Shown here: positions 38,301 to 48,181 of the stretch, one piece after another | Layout of the letters: each line of letters begins with the position of its first letter | Position numbering within the stretch: position 1 is the first letter of the stretch | Assembly (NCBI GenBank): GCA_951406725.2 | Contig: OX597835.1 | Coordinates: 23,498,001-23,562,000, forward strand | DNA from: Octopus vulgaris | Lineage: Eukaryota | Reading direction: 5' to 3' | DNA: 64,000 bases | Translations under genes and position numbers: made by a program | The notes under the pieces: model-generated | The model's database searches: none | The model's input: only the letters and a program-made list of their open reading frames with translations | Told to the model about the DNA's origin: nothing

Positions 38301-39923
38301 CAGATCTACTCGTATCTTGGTCAGGCGCCATGTTGCGGGATTGAACACACACCCATGTGGTTGGCAAGCAAACTTACCACACAGCCATGCCTGCACATGC
38401 ACACATACATACCTACACACATTGATCTCCACACAGTTTCTGTCTACCAAAATTCACTCACAAGGCATTGGTTAGATTGGGGCTAGAGCAGAAGATATGT
38501 ATTTGATTTCAGTATGGGTTTGGCCACATTTGAATAATTACTATAAATCAAATATGTTGTGCCACTTGTAGTGAGACTGTTTATTTGTAGTAACCTTTGA
38601 CCTTTGTACTGTTTTGTATTTCTAGTGATCTCTGTGCTGCTTTTGGTGCAGCCATGATGCCTTTTGTTGATAAGGAATCCATACAAGCCTTGTTAACGAA
38701 AGGCCGACGCTCCAAGGTGTCTAAAGCGAAAACACTAGCAAGTTGGGCCACTAAAGAGATAAGAAAACTGAAGAATGCATCTTGGTAAGTTGACTTATAC
38801 AGCTTTCTTGTTTCGTATAGATGGACTCTGATCAGTTTCATCTTAGCCTTTTATCCATTTTTTTCGTTCGTGTCCCCCTTTTCTATGTTTGCATGTGTTA
38901 GATGGAATTTGTTTTGGCTGATTTTCTATGGCTGGATGCCTTTTTGCCAACCCTCGCCTGTTTCCAACATTAAATTTTAAATTTATGAAATTTTGGCTAT
39001 TTTCATCAAGGTCTTAGAAAGTTATGAAAATGAGATGTCACTTTTATGAATTCCTCTGAATTCTTACATTGTTATATTTGGGGAATGGTCTTTTTTTTTT
39101 TTTTTTCCTTTGCCAATTAATCATACACACTATATATTCATTCTTCATCACACATCCTGTGACCGCTTCAGTGACTCCATCTGACGTATCTCCTGGTCTG
39201 TTAATTTTCAAATTAAATTCAGAACATAAGAGTATGTCAGAAATTTTTAAAAAGTACCATCAAGTTTGGTACTTAGTCTTTTTAAATCATTTAACATTCA
39301 GATTAATCTCTCGAATATAATTATTTATCACATAATAATCTTAATCCTGTATTATCTTGTAGCTTTGAGATTTTGATGTGATTAGTTTTTAGAAAGACTT
39401 TGTAGGGTAGGTCTGAGCAGCTGGTTTGATCATAAAACAGAATATTTGGGCTGGGTATGGCCTGTTTAACCCTTTAGCATTCAGATTTCACTGTCGAATG
39501 TAATGCTTATTTATTCACATTGCCTTGTAGCGTTTGAGATTTCAACGATGATTTATTTTCAGAATAATATTGTAGGGTAAGTGTGAGAGAACAGTCTGAA
39601 GGTGAAACCAGTAGATTACTGCAGCTGGGTTAAATGCCAATGGTTCAAGTTAGCCAGACCTGGCTTCTCACACCTTCTCTACAATATCTTTCTAAAAATA
39701 GTCTCATTGAAATCTTCAAACTCTGAGATACTGTGCAACTAATTAGGAAACAAATGGGGATAAATAGGAATTACCTGTGATAGAGTAATCTGAATGCTAA
39801 AGGGTCAAGACAGATGAATGTGGTTTGAGGGAGATAGAGGTTACCATGTTGGCTTAAAGGCCTACCTAATTGTGTGTATTCTTACTGTTACTAATTCCTT
39901 TTTTTATTCTTTCCTTTTTCAGA
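1228..39923 (+). CDS. KPNB1: Importin subunit beta-1 (karyopherin beta 1), spliced CDS of 24 exons, 876 aa
   Basis: Exons joined by hand at GT-AG junctions with consistent phase; lengths sum to 2631 nt. Translation runs [13 protein letters not shown]...[11 protein letters not shown]...[20 protein letters not shown]...[13 protein letters not shown], closely matching importin-beta HEAT-repeat sequence from start to end. Confidence 0.97.
2118..2176 (+). CDS. KPNB1: KPNB1 exon 2 (59 nt, [20 protein letters not shown])
   Basis: ttttcag acceptor, gtaagt donor, phase 1 to 0. Confidence 0.93.
2309..3000. repeat. Near-identical tandem duplication (2309-2639 and 2640-~3000)
   Basis: The two copies differ only in homopolymer lengths and (AT)n length. 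Confidence 0.92.
4178..4323. repeat. Imperfect inverted repeat (core arms 4192-4232 and 4270-4309)
   Basis: taacttttcatgttaaattcccaaacgccat is complementary to atggcgtttgaaatttgacatgaaaagtta. Confidence 0.85.
6470..6790 (-). mobile_element. Degenerate tRNA-derived SINE (family A)
   Basis: Reverse-complement similarity to the intact copy at 62384-62780. Confidence 0.7.
9169..9385 (+). mobile_element. piggyBac-type MITE, family 1
   Basis: TTAA-CCCTTTAG...CTAAAGGG-TTAA termini; body shared with many copies in the window. Confidence 0.8.
9939..10169 (+). mobile_element. piggyBac-type MITE, family 2
   Basis: TTAA-CCCTTTC...GAAAGGG-TTAA termini; inverted copy at 37831-38072. Confidence 0.8.
10370..10695 (+). 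mobile_element. tRNA-derived SINE (family A), diverged
   Basis: B-box gggttcagtccc; body and tail match 62384-62780. Confidence 0.75.
11224..11387. mobile_element. hAT-type MITE nested in a family-1 piggyBac-type MITE
   Basis: Termini catttgttcccaac / gttgggaaccactg; 8-bp TSD aaataagc / aaataggc; the host element resumes and ends ctaaagggttaa at 11432. Confidence 0.72.
12821..13040 (-). mobile_element. piggyBac-type MITE, family 1 (inverted)
   Basis: ccctttag...ctaaaggg-ttaa termini. Confidence 0.8.
13090..13302 (+). mobile_element. piggyBac-type MITE, family 1
   Basis: TTAA TSD on both sides; very similar to 9169-9385. Confidence 0.82.
17177..17545 (-). mobile_element. Retroposon with (GAT)n tail and internal ~62-bp minisatellite
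   Basis: Reverse complement of the element at 56676-57210. Confidence 0.75.
18115..18297 (+). CDS. KPNB1: KPNB1 exon 3 (183 nt, [11 protein letters not shown]...YIKKN)
   Basis: tttttcag / gtaagt; [11 protein letters not shown] motif. Confidence 0.95.
19446..19646 (+). CDS. KPNB1: KPNB1 exon 4 (201 nt, VLESLGTE...IGYICQDI)
   Basis: ttgcag / gtgagt. Confidence 0.95.
20905..20981 (+). CDS. KPNB1: KPNB1 exon 5 (77 nt, [25 protein letters not shown])
   Basis: cccccag / gtaact. Confidence 0.94.
21905..21980 (+). CDS. KPNB1: KPNB1 exon 6 (76 nt, [25 protein letters not shown])
   Basis: tttttcag / gtaagt. Confidence 0.94.
22664..22723 (+). CDS. KPNB1: KPNB1 exon 7 (60 nt, [20 protein letters not shown])
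   Basis: ttttttag / gtaagt. Confidence 0.94.
22815..22904 (+). CDS. KPNB1: KPNB1 exon 8 (90 nt, [30 protein letters not shown])
   Basis: ttccag / gtgagt. Confidence 0.95.
23023..23133 (+). CDS. KPNB1: KPNB1 exon 9 (111 nt, [37 protein letters not shown])
   Basis: gtgtag / gtgagt. Confidence 0.95.
24356..24457 (+). CDS. KPNB1: KPNB1 exon 10 (102 nt, [34 protein letters not shown])
   Basis: tttttag / gtatat. Confidence 0.94.
24973..25141 (+). CDS. KPNB1: KPNB1 exon 11 (169 nt, acidic loop [15 protein letters not shown]...DAAVMAF)
   Basis: ttgcag / gtaggc; HEAT-8 acidic loop. Confidence 0.95.
26769..27013 (+). CDS. KPNB1: KPNB1 exon 12 (245 nt, SILEGPD...VAHNVCW)
   Basis: ttgtag / gttagt. 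Confidence 0.95.
27135..27268 (+). CDS. KPNB1: KPNB1 exon 13 (134 nt, [11 protein letters not shown]...KLLETTD)
   Basis: ttacag / gtaatt. Confidence 0.94.
28211..28286 (+). CDS. KPNB1: KPNB1 exon 14 (76 nt, [25 protein letters not shown])
   Basis: ctgcag / gtaaga. Confidence 0.94.
28831..28902 (+). CDS. KPNB1: KPNB1 exon 15 (72 nt, [24 protein letters not shown])
   Basis: ttccag / gtaagt. Confidence 0.94.
29685..29728. repeat. 44-bp palindrome with piggyBac-like ends (TTAA-CCCTAT...ATAGGG-TTAA)
   Basis: 20-bp arms matching at 18/20 positions, 4-nt loop. Confidence 0.8.
30307..30378 (+). CDS. KPNB1: KPNB1 exon 16 (72 nt, [24 protein letters not shown])
   Basis: cttcag / gtaagt. Confidence 0.94.
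30472..30619 (+). CDS. KPNB1: KPNB1 exon 17 (148 nt, [15 protein letters not shown]...[16 protein letters not shown])
   Basis: ttgtag / gtatgt. Confidence 0.94.
31701..31950 (-). mobile_element. Retroposon with (GAT)n tail, same family as 56676-57210
   Basis: Shared ccatgctagcatgggttggac...ctacagctagatg...tgccaccggcac. Confidence 0.75.
32189..32271 (+). CDS. KPNB1: KPNB1 exon 18 (83 nt, [27 protein letters not shown])
   Basis: ttctag / gtctgt. Confidence 0.94.
32393..32500 (+). CDS. KPNB1: KPNB1 exon 19 (108 nt, [15 protein letters not shown]...LVENLG)
   Basis: attcag / gtaagt. Confidence 0.94.
33846..34072 (-). mobile_element. piggyBac-type MITE, family 1
   Basis: TTAA-CCCTTTAGTGTT...AACACTAAAGGG-TTAA. 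Confidence 0.8.
34320..34463 (+). CDS. KPNB1: KPNB1 exon 20 (144 nt, [24 protein letters not shown]...QAQVDK)
   Basis: tttcag / gtaaag. Confidence 0.95.
35736..35841 (+). CDS. KPNB1: KPNB1 exon 21 (106 nt, [35 protein letters not shown])
   Basis: ttctag / gtacgt. Confidence 0.94.
37519..37633 (+). CDS. KPNB1: KPNB1 exon 22 (115 nt, [37 protein letters not shown])
   Basis: cttcag / gtaagt. Confidence 0.94.
37831..38072 (-). mobile_element. piggyBac-type MITE, family 2
   Basis: TTAA-CCCTTT...AAAGGG-TTAA; reverse complement of 9939-10169 with a ~40-bp foreign insert. Confidence 0.8.
38626..38784 (+). CDS. KPNB1: KPNB1 exon 23 (159 nt, DLCAAFG...[13 protein letters not shown] plus TG of the stop codon)
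   Basis: ttctag acceptor; tg|gtaagt donor. Unspliced reading gives W then TAA ending at 38788. Confidence 0.92.
39290..39808. mobile_element. Cluster of three family-1 MITEs (two forward, one inverted) in the last KPNB1 intron
   Basis: Recurrent attcagatt / tgtagggtaggt motifs and their reverse complement ending aatctgaatgctaaaggg. Confidence 0.7.
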
Positions 39924-42530
39924 GCTGCTGAACAGCCTGGCATGGTCAAATGAGAATAGGACCACAGGTCTTAAGTCGTCAGCGGTGGCGGCAGTCTCAA
40001 CTCGTTTGAATGAGTGTGAGCGTGAGTGAAATCATCTCATCAAACTGTCACAATCCCCGGCAGGCACCTACCTACCTCCCCGACAAGACATCTTGAAGGG
40101 GCAGTCAATCCCCAGACCCTCCCTCCCTCTGCTACCAAATGGCTTACTACCAGCCGATAAGTTGAATATTAGTGATGCTTAAATTTCTACTTAGGCAAAA
40201 GAAAAATTTAAAAAACCCAGCTCTCGTATTTGGGACTTGAAGGAAAGATTTTATAAAATGAAACCATAATTTTGATACTATTATTATTATTATTATTAAT
40301 TCAAAATTTACTTCATTTTTTTTTTTTTTTTTTTAATATACACTTGTTAGGCTCCAGCTCTCTTTTATTGTTGTTATGTTGTTGTTGACCCATTCTAGTG
40401 TTGTACTTTATGTATTCAACAACTGAAAAGGGAAACTCCAAAAGAAGAAAAAAAAAAGTGAAATAAACGGGCTGCATATTAAAGTCTTTCTTTTCCAAAT
40501 CCCATTTTTCTTGTTAAATCTGTGAGAGACTCAAATTTGCTCATTATTATTATTATCATTATTATTATTATTTATTATTCTAAAGAAATTGTTATCTCTT
40601 TAAGTTGTCTTATTATTATCCTTATATACTTAATGTATAGTGGATTTTAATGGAAAAATATTCTCCTCCCAGCTGTGTCTGTCGTTATGGTGACAGAAGT
40701 TCCTGAGGAGACGGTGGAGAAGATTGAGGAGAACACTCAGCAATTTGCAAGAAATTGATGTCCAGACTTGTGTTACCTCCACTGTCATGGAGTTACGTAT
40801 ATGAAGTAGCTTGATGGACCTAGAAGCTATATGATATTGCTGTTTATGACACTGGCACCACGACATAGCTAATGATGCCTGTTTATGCCTTATGTGTCGC
40901 ATTTTTTTTTTCTCTCTCTCCTCTATTTCAAAATAGTTTTGAAGGTTTTCCCACCACCACCACCCCTTCTGTTCATTCATAAACGCACGACCTCGTTAGA
41001 AAATTGGTCAGAGGGTACAAAATAGTTCTGGAATGTTTTCCTACCATCTATAGCATTGTTCCTTCTACAGGCAGGCTTGCTTTGCTTGCCTGGAATTGCA
41101 GTGATAATAATCTTCAACTTAGAAAAAAACTTGGAGCAAGAGAAAGGTGCCTGCCCAGCAGCTCTGGAGGAGTTTAGGTGTCGTCTGTGCCTTCACACTG
41201 CCGCAGTACTTTAATGTATTGCTGCTCTAACCTGCCAACATGGACTGCTGTATGAAGAGTCAGTTCTTGTCAGTAAGCAACTAATATGAAAAGGATTTTT
41301 AGGGCTTGCCTCATTAGGCTGCAAAAGGATATGTGTGCACATAAATATATGTGTGTGTGTGTATATGTATGTCTGTGTATATGTGTGTTGTGTACACATA
41401 TAATTCTCAGTATTATCTCATTAGAATCTGCGACTAGGTTCTGTGTGAAAGAAAGAAGAAAATAATACTTGAGTAGGTACTAGAAGGGTGGGACAAAAAG
41501 GTTACACAAAATTGCCTAATATTGGTGGGTTTTTTTCCTCTTCCAAAATTTAACAACTGAGCTTCAAATATCCTATGAGTTGCCAACCCAATGCAAGGAC
41601 TATAGAGAAATTGCTGTTATTCAGTAGCCCCAGATATCCATGTGTGTGTGCATGTATGTAAGCGTCTAGAAATTGCATGTACCAAGCTTAAAGATTTAAA
41701 AGCAAAAAAAAAAATACAAACAAAAGGAAGAAAAAAAAACAGGAAAAACAGAAAAGAAAAAAGATGTGGAATTAAAAAGAAAAAAAAAACACAAACTCAA
41801 CCTCTTCAGACTTAATTATGTTTAACTTTCAGCTATTGTAATTTAGTAATCTAATTTTAAACTGCTGCATTTAAAAAACAAACAAAAAAATTGTTTATTT
41901 TTTTATTTACATTTTTTTAAAAATTTATTTTAGATTGTAAAGCTTGGTACATGCAGCTTCCCTTTAAGTCTACAGCACAAGCTTAGCTGTGAAATGTCTT
42001 TTTCCTTCCCTCTCCTTTTTTTCTTTCTATGCCACTTTTTTTTTTTAGTTTAAATGTCTCCTCATATTTCTGTCCTAAATTTTTTTTTTTTTTGGTAAAT
42101 TATCACTTATTTTGCATGTGCTTGCAATGATTTCTGTAGTAATTTTCTTTCCCTGAATGTTTTTTTTTTATAAATACTTACGTTTCCTTGCAAACAGCTA
42201 TGTTGAGAAAGTATATATTAATTTGTGGCAAAGAAGAAAAAAATTTTTTTTTAATGGGTTAGATGCATTTGAACAGCCACTCTCTATGATTGAAAAGTAA
42301 AACAAAACAACAAAAAAAAAACTGCCCCTGGGTTCAAGTATCTGTCCCCAGTCCCTTCCTTTATTTCCCTACCTCCTTCCCTCCCGGCCCTATCCTACCC
42401 TCCTGGTTTTTAAAAGAAAATACAAATTATTGATGAGTTTTCTGTTTGTTTCTATTTTTCTTTTCCTAATGTTATTTTCCAAACCTGTGTGCTGTGTAAA
42501 TCTATAATAAATCAGCAGATTACTACATTT
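39923..42530 (+). other. KPNB1: KPNB1 terminal exon 24: last base of the TGA stop plus ~2.6 kb 3' UTR
   Basis: Strong polypyrimidine acceptor tttcctttttcag|a. Sequence is free of recognisable interspersed repeats and A/T-tract-rich up to AATAAA at 42506-42511, after which SINE fragments resume. The 3' end is approximate. Confidence 0.72.
42506..42511 (+). promoter_or_regulatory. Probable polyadenylation signal of KPNB1 (AATAAA)
   Basis: AATAAA at the end of the repeat-free UTR-like block, followed by T-rich sequence. Confidence 0.55.
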
Positions 42531-44749
42531 GTCTCTTTAATTCTTTAGATTATCATTAGAGTATATATATATATATATGTCTATGTCTATGAGCAGGGCA
42601 TAGCTGTGTAGTCTTCAGGTTCAATTAGGCAGTATGATACCTGAAGCAGTGTTTTTTACTACATTATGTATGTATGTGTATATATATATATATTCAATAA
42701 TAAATTAAAAGCACCACTAGTATTGTAGATATTATCATCTACACATACTCAGTGTGTTTTTTGTTTGCTTTCTGGTTCACTGTGGTGAAGCCACTGAAAG
42801 ACTTCATTGTTCTGGGTGTTGAAGCACCTGAAAGTCATAGGCAGGTGAGATAACTCGTTCCCAGGTTCCATTCGGGAGTGATGAATACTGATAATCCCTG
42901 GACCGACCAAAACCTTATGAGTGTTAGGTTTCGTGGATGGAAACTGAAAGAAGCCCATTATGTGTGTATTTATGTCGTCACTGCTAATTGTAAATAACTG
43001 TGATAGTTATATATAAGCAGCATCATTTGTAATCTTGTGAAAATATTTGGCCATCAAGCTGTTTTTAAATTGAAAAGGTCTACTTAGAAACAGGTGAATG
43101 TTGGCAACAGTATTGAAGTATTTGATCTGTCCTTGGGAACATGGAGAACTGAGCATTGATAAATATCAATGTGTATGAACATGTGGTCAAACAATGGCTT
43201 TGTGGTCAAGAAGTTCCCTTTGTAACAATGTGGATTCAGGTTTCATCTATTTGACACCTTGAATGAATGTCTTCTAAAGCCTTTAGCATTGTTGCTGTTG
43301 GGACAGTGGTAAGATATTTACATCTAATGTCCTATGTATCATCACTTTCAATGTGTGACAACTAGCAGAATTTTAAAAAATCTTTAAAACAAGAACATAT
43401 GACCACAGAATGCTACCTTGATATGTCTTGTCCAACCCATGTCAGCATGGAAAAACAATGCTGATTTTATGCATATGTACATAACATGCCTGTATGTTCC
43501 ATGCTTGTATGATAGGTGGTATTTTTATATGACTGTATGCTTTCCCTGTTACCAATCTATGCCTCTTTCCAGGTAAGGTAATATTTTCCTTTGGCTAAAC
43601 AGGTTTTAACAGAAGACTAGAAACAACTATCATGATGTCAAGACAAGGGGTCACACACGATGAGCTCCTTTTAGTTTTCATTCATCACGTCCACTCAAGA
43701 CCCAGGGCTGTAGTCACTGACATCACAAATCTTTCTTGTTTATCCCCTCTTCCCTTTTCCCCCCTCACAGACCTATAACTTATTGGGTTGGGGAGGTAAA
43801 ATTCTTCTCTTTGTACATATGTGAATAGGGATGGGTGTTGAAGGAAAGTTATTGGTTGATGTACCAATGTTTGGCTCAATAGTTATACGAAAATACAGTA
43901 AGGAACCAAGGCATTGTTATTAACATACAATATGCTGAGAGACTAGCTCTCGGCATGGGGATCTTGTGGGCAGGATCCCAGTACGATGAGTAGGTTTGGA
44001 CCTATATAAAAAAGACAATTTAAAAACAACACTGGACTATTGTGGTAGCATTTCCCTTGGCAGGGACAGTGGGATCGTCCAGGCTTTGACTATTGAGTGC
44101 CTGCCGTTCATGCGTTGTTGCTACAATGAGGTATTTAGTGGGACTGCCCAATTAAAACAAAGGGAAGACGAGACACAGTCTGTAAAGAACAGAATGAAGT
44201 TTGGTGTTGCTGGGAGTAGAGTACCTGAGTTGTCCTTGAACTCTAGCATTTAAACTGGCCATATCCAGCCCAAATATTCTGTTTTTAACGTTCAAACCGG
44301 CTGGATTCGACCTGTTGCACATACCCTATAATGTTTTAAAAAGCATCAAAATCTGAGCTACAAGATAATACATGATAATTGAAAACAATGGGAATAAGTA
44401 AGCATTGCATTTGACAGAATAATCCAAATGTTAAAGAGAGCGAGTAGAAAATTGGTCTGAACACAACCTGATGAGAAAATTTCATAATGCCTTACCAAAA
44501 TAACGGCTGTCTGTTGCAAATTCAGTTTTTGTTTTGTATCCAAATCAAAGAGGCAACAACATATGACAAACAAATGCCTTTGTGGAACCCGGCTAAAAGT
44601 TTTCGGGGAGATCAGGCAAAGGTGGCTGCAATTATCTGGTCACTGCATGTGCCACTCTCAACTGGAAATATCCAAACAGGCCAAAATATTCTATTTTAGG
44701 TCAAAATTTTGCCAGACTCAGCTTCTCTCACCTATCCATACCTTGTTTT

Positions 44750-45072
44750 CTTTTAGTTGTTTTGATCATTTTGCTGTGGCCATGCTGTAGCACTACCTTA
44801 CAGGGTTTTTTAGTCGAAGAAATAGACCCCAGGACTCATTCTATCGGTCTGTTTTGCCGAACTGCTAAATTACAGGGATGTAAACACACCAATGTTGGTT
44901 ATGTGATGGTGGGGACGCATTGACATGCACAGTGAGTCTCAGTTTCCTACCAAATCCATTCACAAAGCTTTGGTCGGCCCAGGGTTATAGTGGAAGACAC
45001 TACGCAGTGTGACTGAACCCAGAAACGTGTGGTTGGGAAGTAAACTTCTTACCACACAGCCACGCCTGCACC
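44750..45072 (-). mobile_element. tRNA-derived SINE (family A)
   Basis: Reverse complement of 62384-62780, including the head cttaccacacagccacgcctgcacc. Confidence 0.8.
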
Positions 45073-46644
45073 TAACAACATTCACATCATCCAAATCTCT
45101 AAGCTAATGTGTGATTAATTCAGAACAATATAAATTTTAATAAAAGCATTACTTTTGACTAATTTGAATGCCAAAGGGTTAACGATTTTAGGAAGCTAAG
45201 TTTAACTTTCCCAGTGTCCTCTGGGAAGTGCTGACAGATAGACAGCTTCTTTAGACAGTTTCTAATCCAAAATTGTGGTAGGAGCATTTCAAGACTATTT
45301 TGTCCCCACTCAAATAGTAGTGAACTCTGAGGTTCATTCCGAATGAGAAATACCGTTAGGCTGGACTGCATCTTTATACCTCTTTTCTCCATCTTCAGCA
45401 TGATGTTTGTAAGGATTATAGAACACCTTCATGAAGACAGTTTTTATATTCAATACAGATGATAGATTAAAACCTACAGGGCAAGGTTAGGAAAATATGG
45501 AGAGTGAAGCTGAGTTCCTCGGACGTCTTTGGTTATTCCTTATCACCACAACTACATGACTGAGAGCAGTAATTAACATCATGATAAAGAATCAATTTCT
45601 TCTCTATAACAAATTCTGTCCAAAAGTGTCTCGTGGAGATGAAACAAAGGCAATTTCTCACAGTAATTAACACATTAGCAATTTTCTACAGATAGAGTAT
45701 GCGGAGACCCATTTTCCAAGTTTTGACTGTTCATGGTTGGCAGTGATATTAGTAGCATTGAATTGCCGAATTAATTCCCAAACTCGAATTGCTGAGATTT
45801 ACTCTTCAATCTGTTCCCAGAAGCTTTGAATCGAACCCCCTTGGATCATATTTTAGAGCTGAAGCTCCCATTTCTGAGACAAGAAATCACTCTTACAAGT
45901 GATTTCACCTTGCTACATCATGGCTTACTTGTTAGAGTGTTGACTCCTGATTGTAAGAGTGTAGTTTTAATTCCTGGCTAGAGCAACGCATTGTGTTCTT
46001 GAGCAAAGCACTTCGTTTCACATTACTCCAGTCCACTCGGCTGCCAAAACTAAGTAATCCTGCAATGAACCAGGAATATATATGCTGGAGAAGCCAGGAA
46101 ACCAGCCCTATGCCTGTTATGGAGGAATGTAAACTAACCAGCCACATCAACACCCAAGGTACTGACCTGCACTTGCATTGAGCCTTTTATGAAACTTGTA
46201 GAGTATGACACGACCAATATCTTTCATAGTTAGATTAAATGTAGGGTTAGTTTGAAAGTGTTTCCATAACTAATGGTTTTATAGCTTAAAAAGTACTAGT
46301 GTTAATGGAGTTGTTAGACTAAAAAGAGCTGAGCTTTGTGCATGCTGTAGCATGGTCTTACAAGAAGCTTCTGTCCTAAGATACTGCAACTGAATGGAGC
46401 ATATAGCAAGGAGATTACTGGAAGTAAGCAGGAACAACAATGGCTCAAAGATATTGAACTGAGCACTGCAAGTTAAATGAACTGGTTGTTAGTTTTAGAG
46501 TACTGCTGCTTAGAGCAGTAACTTGTATTTACAGTGTATGAGGGCATGGCTAAATATCAGACAAGGGAAAGAATGTAAATCTTGTTCAACACTTTCAAAT
46601 CAAATGAAGACTTAAAAATCAACTCAAATTTTTTTTTTTTCCTT

Positions 46645-46650
46645 TTTATT
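46645..46650 (-). promoter_or_regulatory. Possible JMJD4 polyadenylation signal (AATAAA on - strand)
   Basis: Motif ~1.5 kb past the stop. It is followed by a genomic A-run, so any cDNA support could be internal priming. Confidence 0.3.
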
Positions 46651-48181
46651 AAAAAAATTTATATTTTAAATTATCTGAGTCAGAAAGTCAAACTTGGGGG
46701 GCAAAATATTGATGGTATACATACACACATATATATATATTTATATATACACAGCTGTTTACAACTTGTTTGATACTGCAGATAAATGTGTCATTTTACA
46801 ATGTAGTTCTTGATTTAAGGAGACGGGGAGTACCTAGCTAGAACTTTCCTTATAGGTCTACTGAATTAAGGCTTAACTGATAGACAAAGCAACAAATCTG
46901 GCTGGCCTTGTACATCTAACTACAAAAATGGTGCCACAAATAATGCATCTTATAACTAAGCAGCAGGAACACTACATTTTGCTTGTTTCGGAGAGTATAT
47001 AAATGACATCCTCCCTCGGTGTATCACTGGTATATTGTGATTTAAAGTGAAAATGTAAGAGAGTAGGTGTTGCCTTGTTCAGTTTGGTGCTTGACTTCAC
47101 AACACTATACTGAAAACCATTTGCAAATACATTGTTTCAATGTTATTCCCACAACACAGTATCAAGGACCAGTGTCTTCTACGTCCGCCTTGGGTTAACC
47201 AAAACTTTGAGTGGAATTTGGTAGGCAGAGGCACATAAGAGGGGCAATACCTGTTGTAGGGTGGTAGGCAATCTGTCACCTAGCGTTTTTTAAACACCTG
47301 GTCCTTTCTGTTAAAAATAGTCTAGTAAGAGGATAGCTTCTGTTTTTCTCTACTATCCTTGGAATCTAAAAAAAAAAAAGGATAGACGATAGTGCTTGTT
47401 CTCTTTGAAGCATTATTGTATTCAATTTCCTTGGAACTAGGGCCTTGAAACAAGATCTGTCTACCTCATTAAACATCTTTTAACCAGGTCTGCAACACTA
47501 ATTTTTTACAAGCGTTTGAGGGTCAGTGCTTATCACTGCTTTCATGGTGCAAAGAAAATGCGAGAACCTCCTCTCTCCTGGCAAGGTTGCTAGCCAACAG
47601 CAGCCAATTTTCCCATGTGACCCAACAGCTAGATGAAGTAAAATATCGCAGAATAACATGATAATGAAGAAATACTTGCTGCAAATTCGAACCCTCAACC
47701 TATGAGCAGGTAGACCAATGTTATACCCACTTGGCCACCACACTTGTGAATCACTAACAAGGAAGCTTCTGTGTGGCCAGTCACTGAACTTGCTCACAGT
47801 GGTTTCTGAATTAAGCACAAGGCCAGCAATTTTAAGAGGAGGTGTTTGATGATGCCACCAACCTCCGAACTTGATGGGTACTTATTGATTCCCAGAAGGA
47901 TGAAGGGCAAAGTTGACCTCTATGAGACTTGAACTCAGAATGTTAAGAGCCAGAAAAAATGCCACAAAGCATTTTGTTCAAAGCTCTAATGATTCTGCAG
48001 ACCCACTATCCTCAACCCTGCTCATCATAGCAGCCAAATAATCCCCAAATCACACCTGTTTAAAAAAAAATTGCTGAATGGATGGTCATAGCTGGAAGGA
48101 CTTTGATCCAAACTCTGTTCAATCAGTGTTGATCTGGGGCTAAAGGAAGTCAAAAACAAACAGCGGGTTTCATGATCAGAA

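Noticed and set aside
2177-39922. Intron-encoded snoRNAs in KPNB1
   Set aside because: No convincing C/D box pair with a terminal stem, or H/ACA structure, was seen by eye. An Rfam/Infernal scan would be needed to exclude them.
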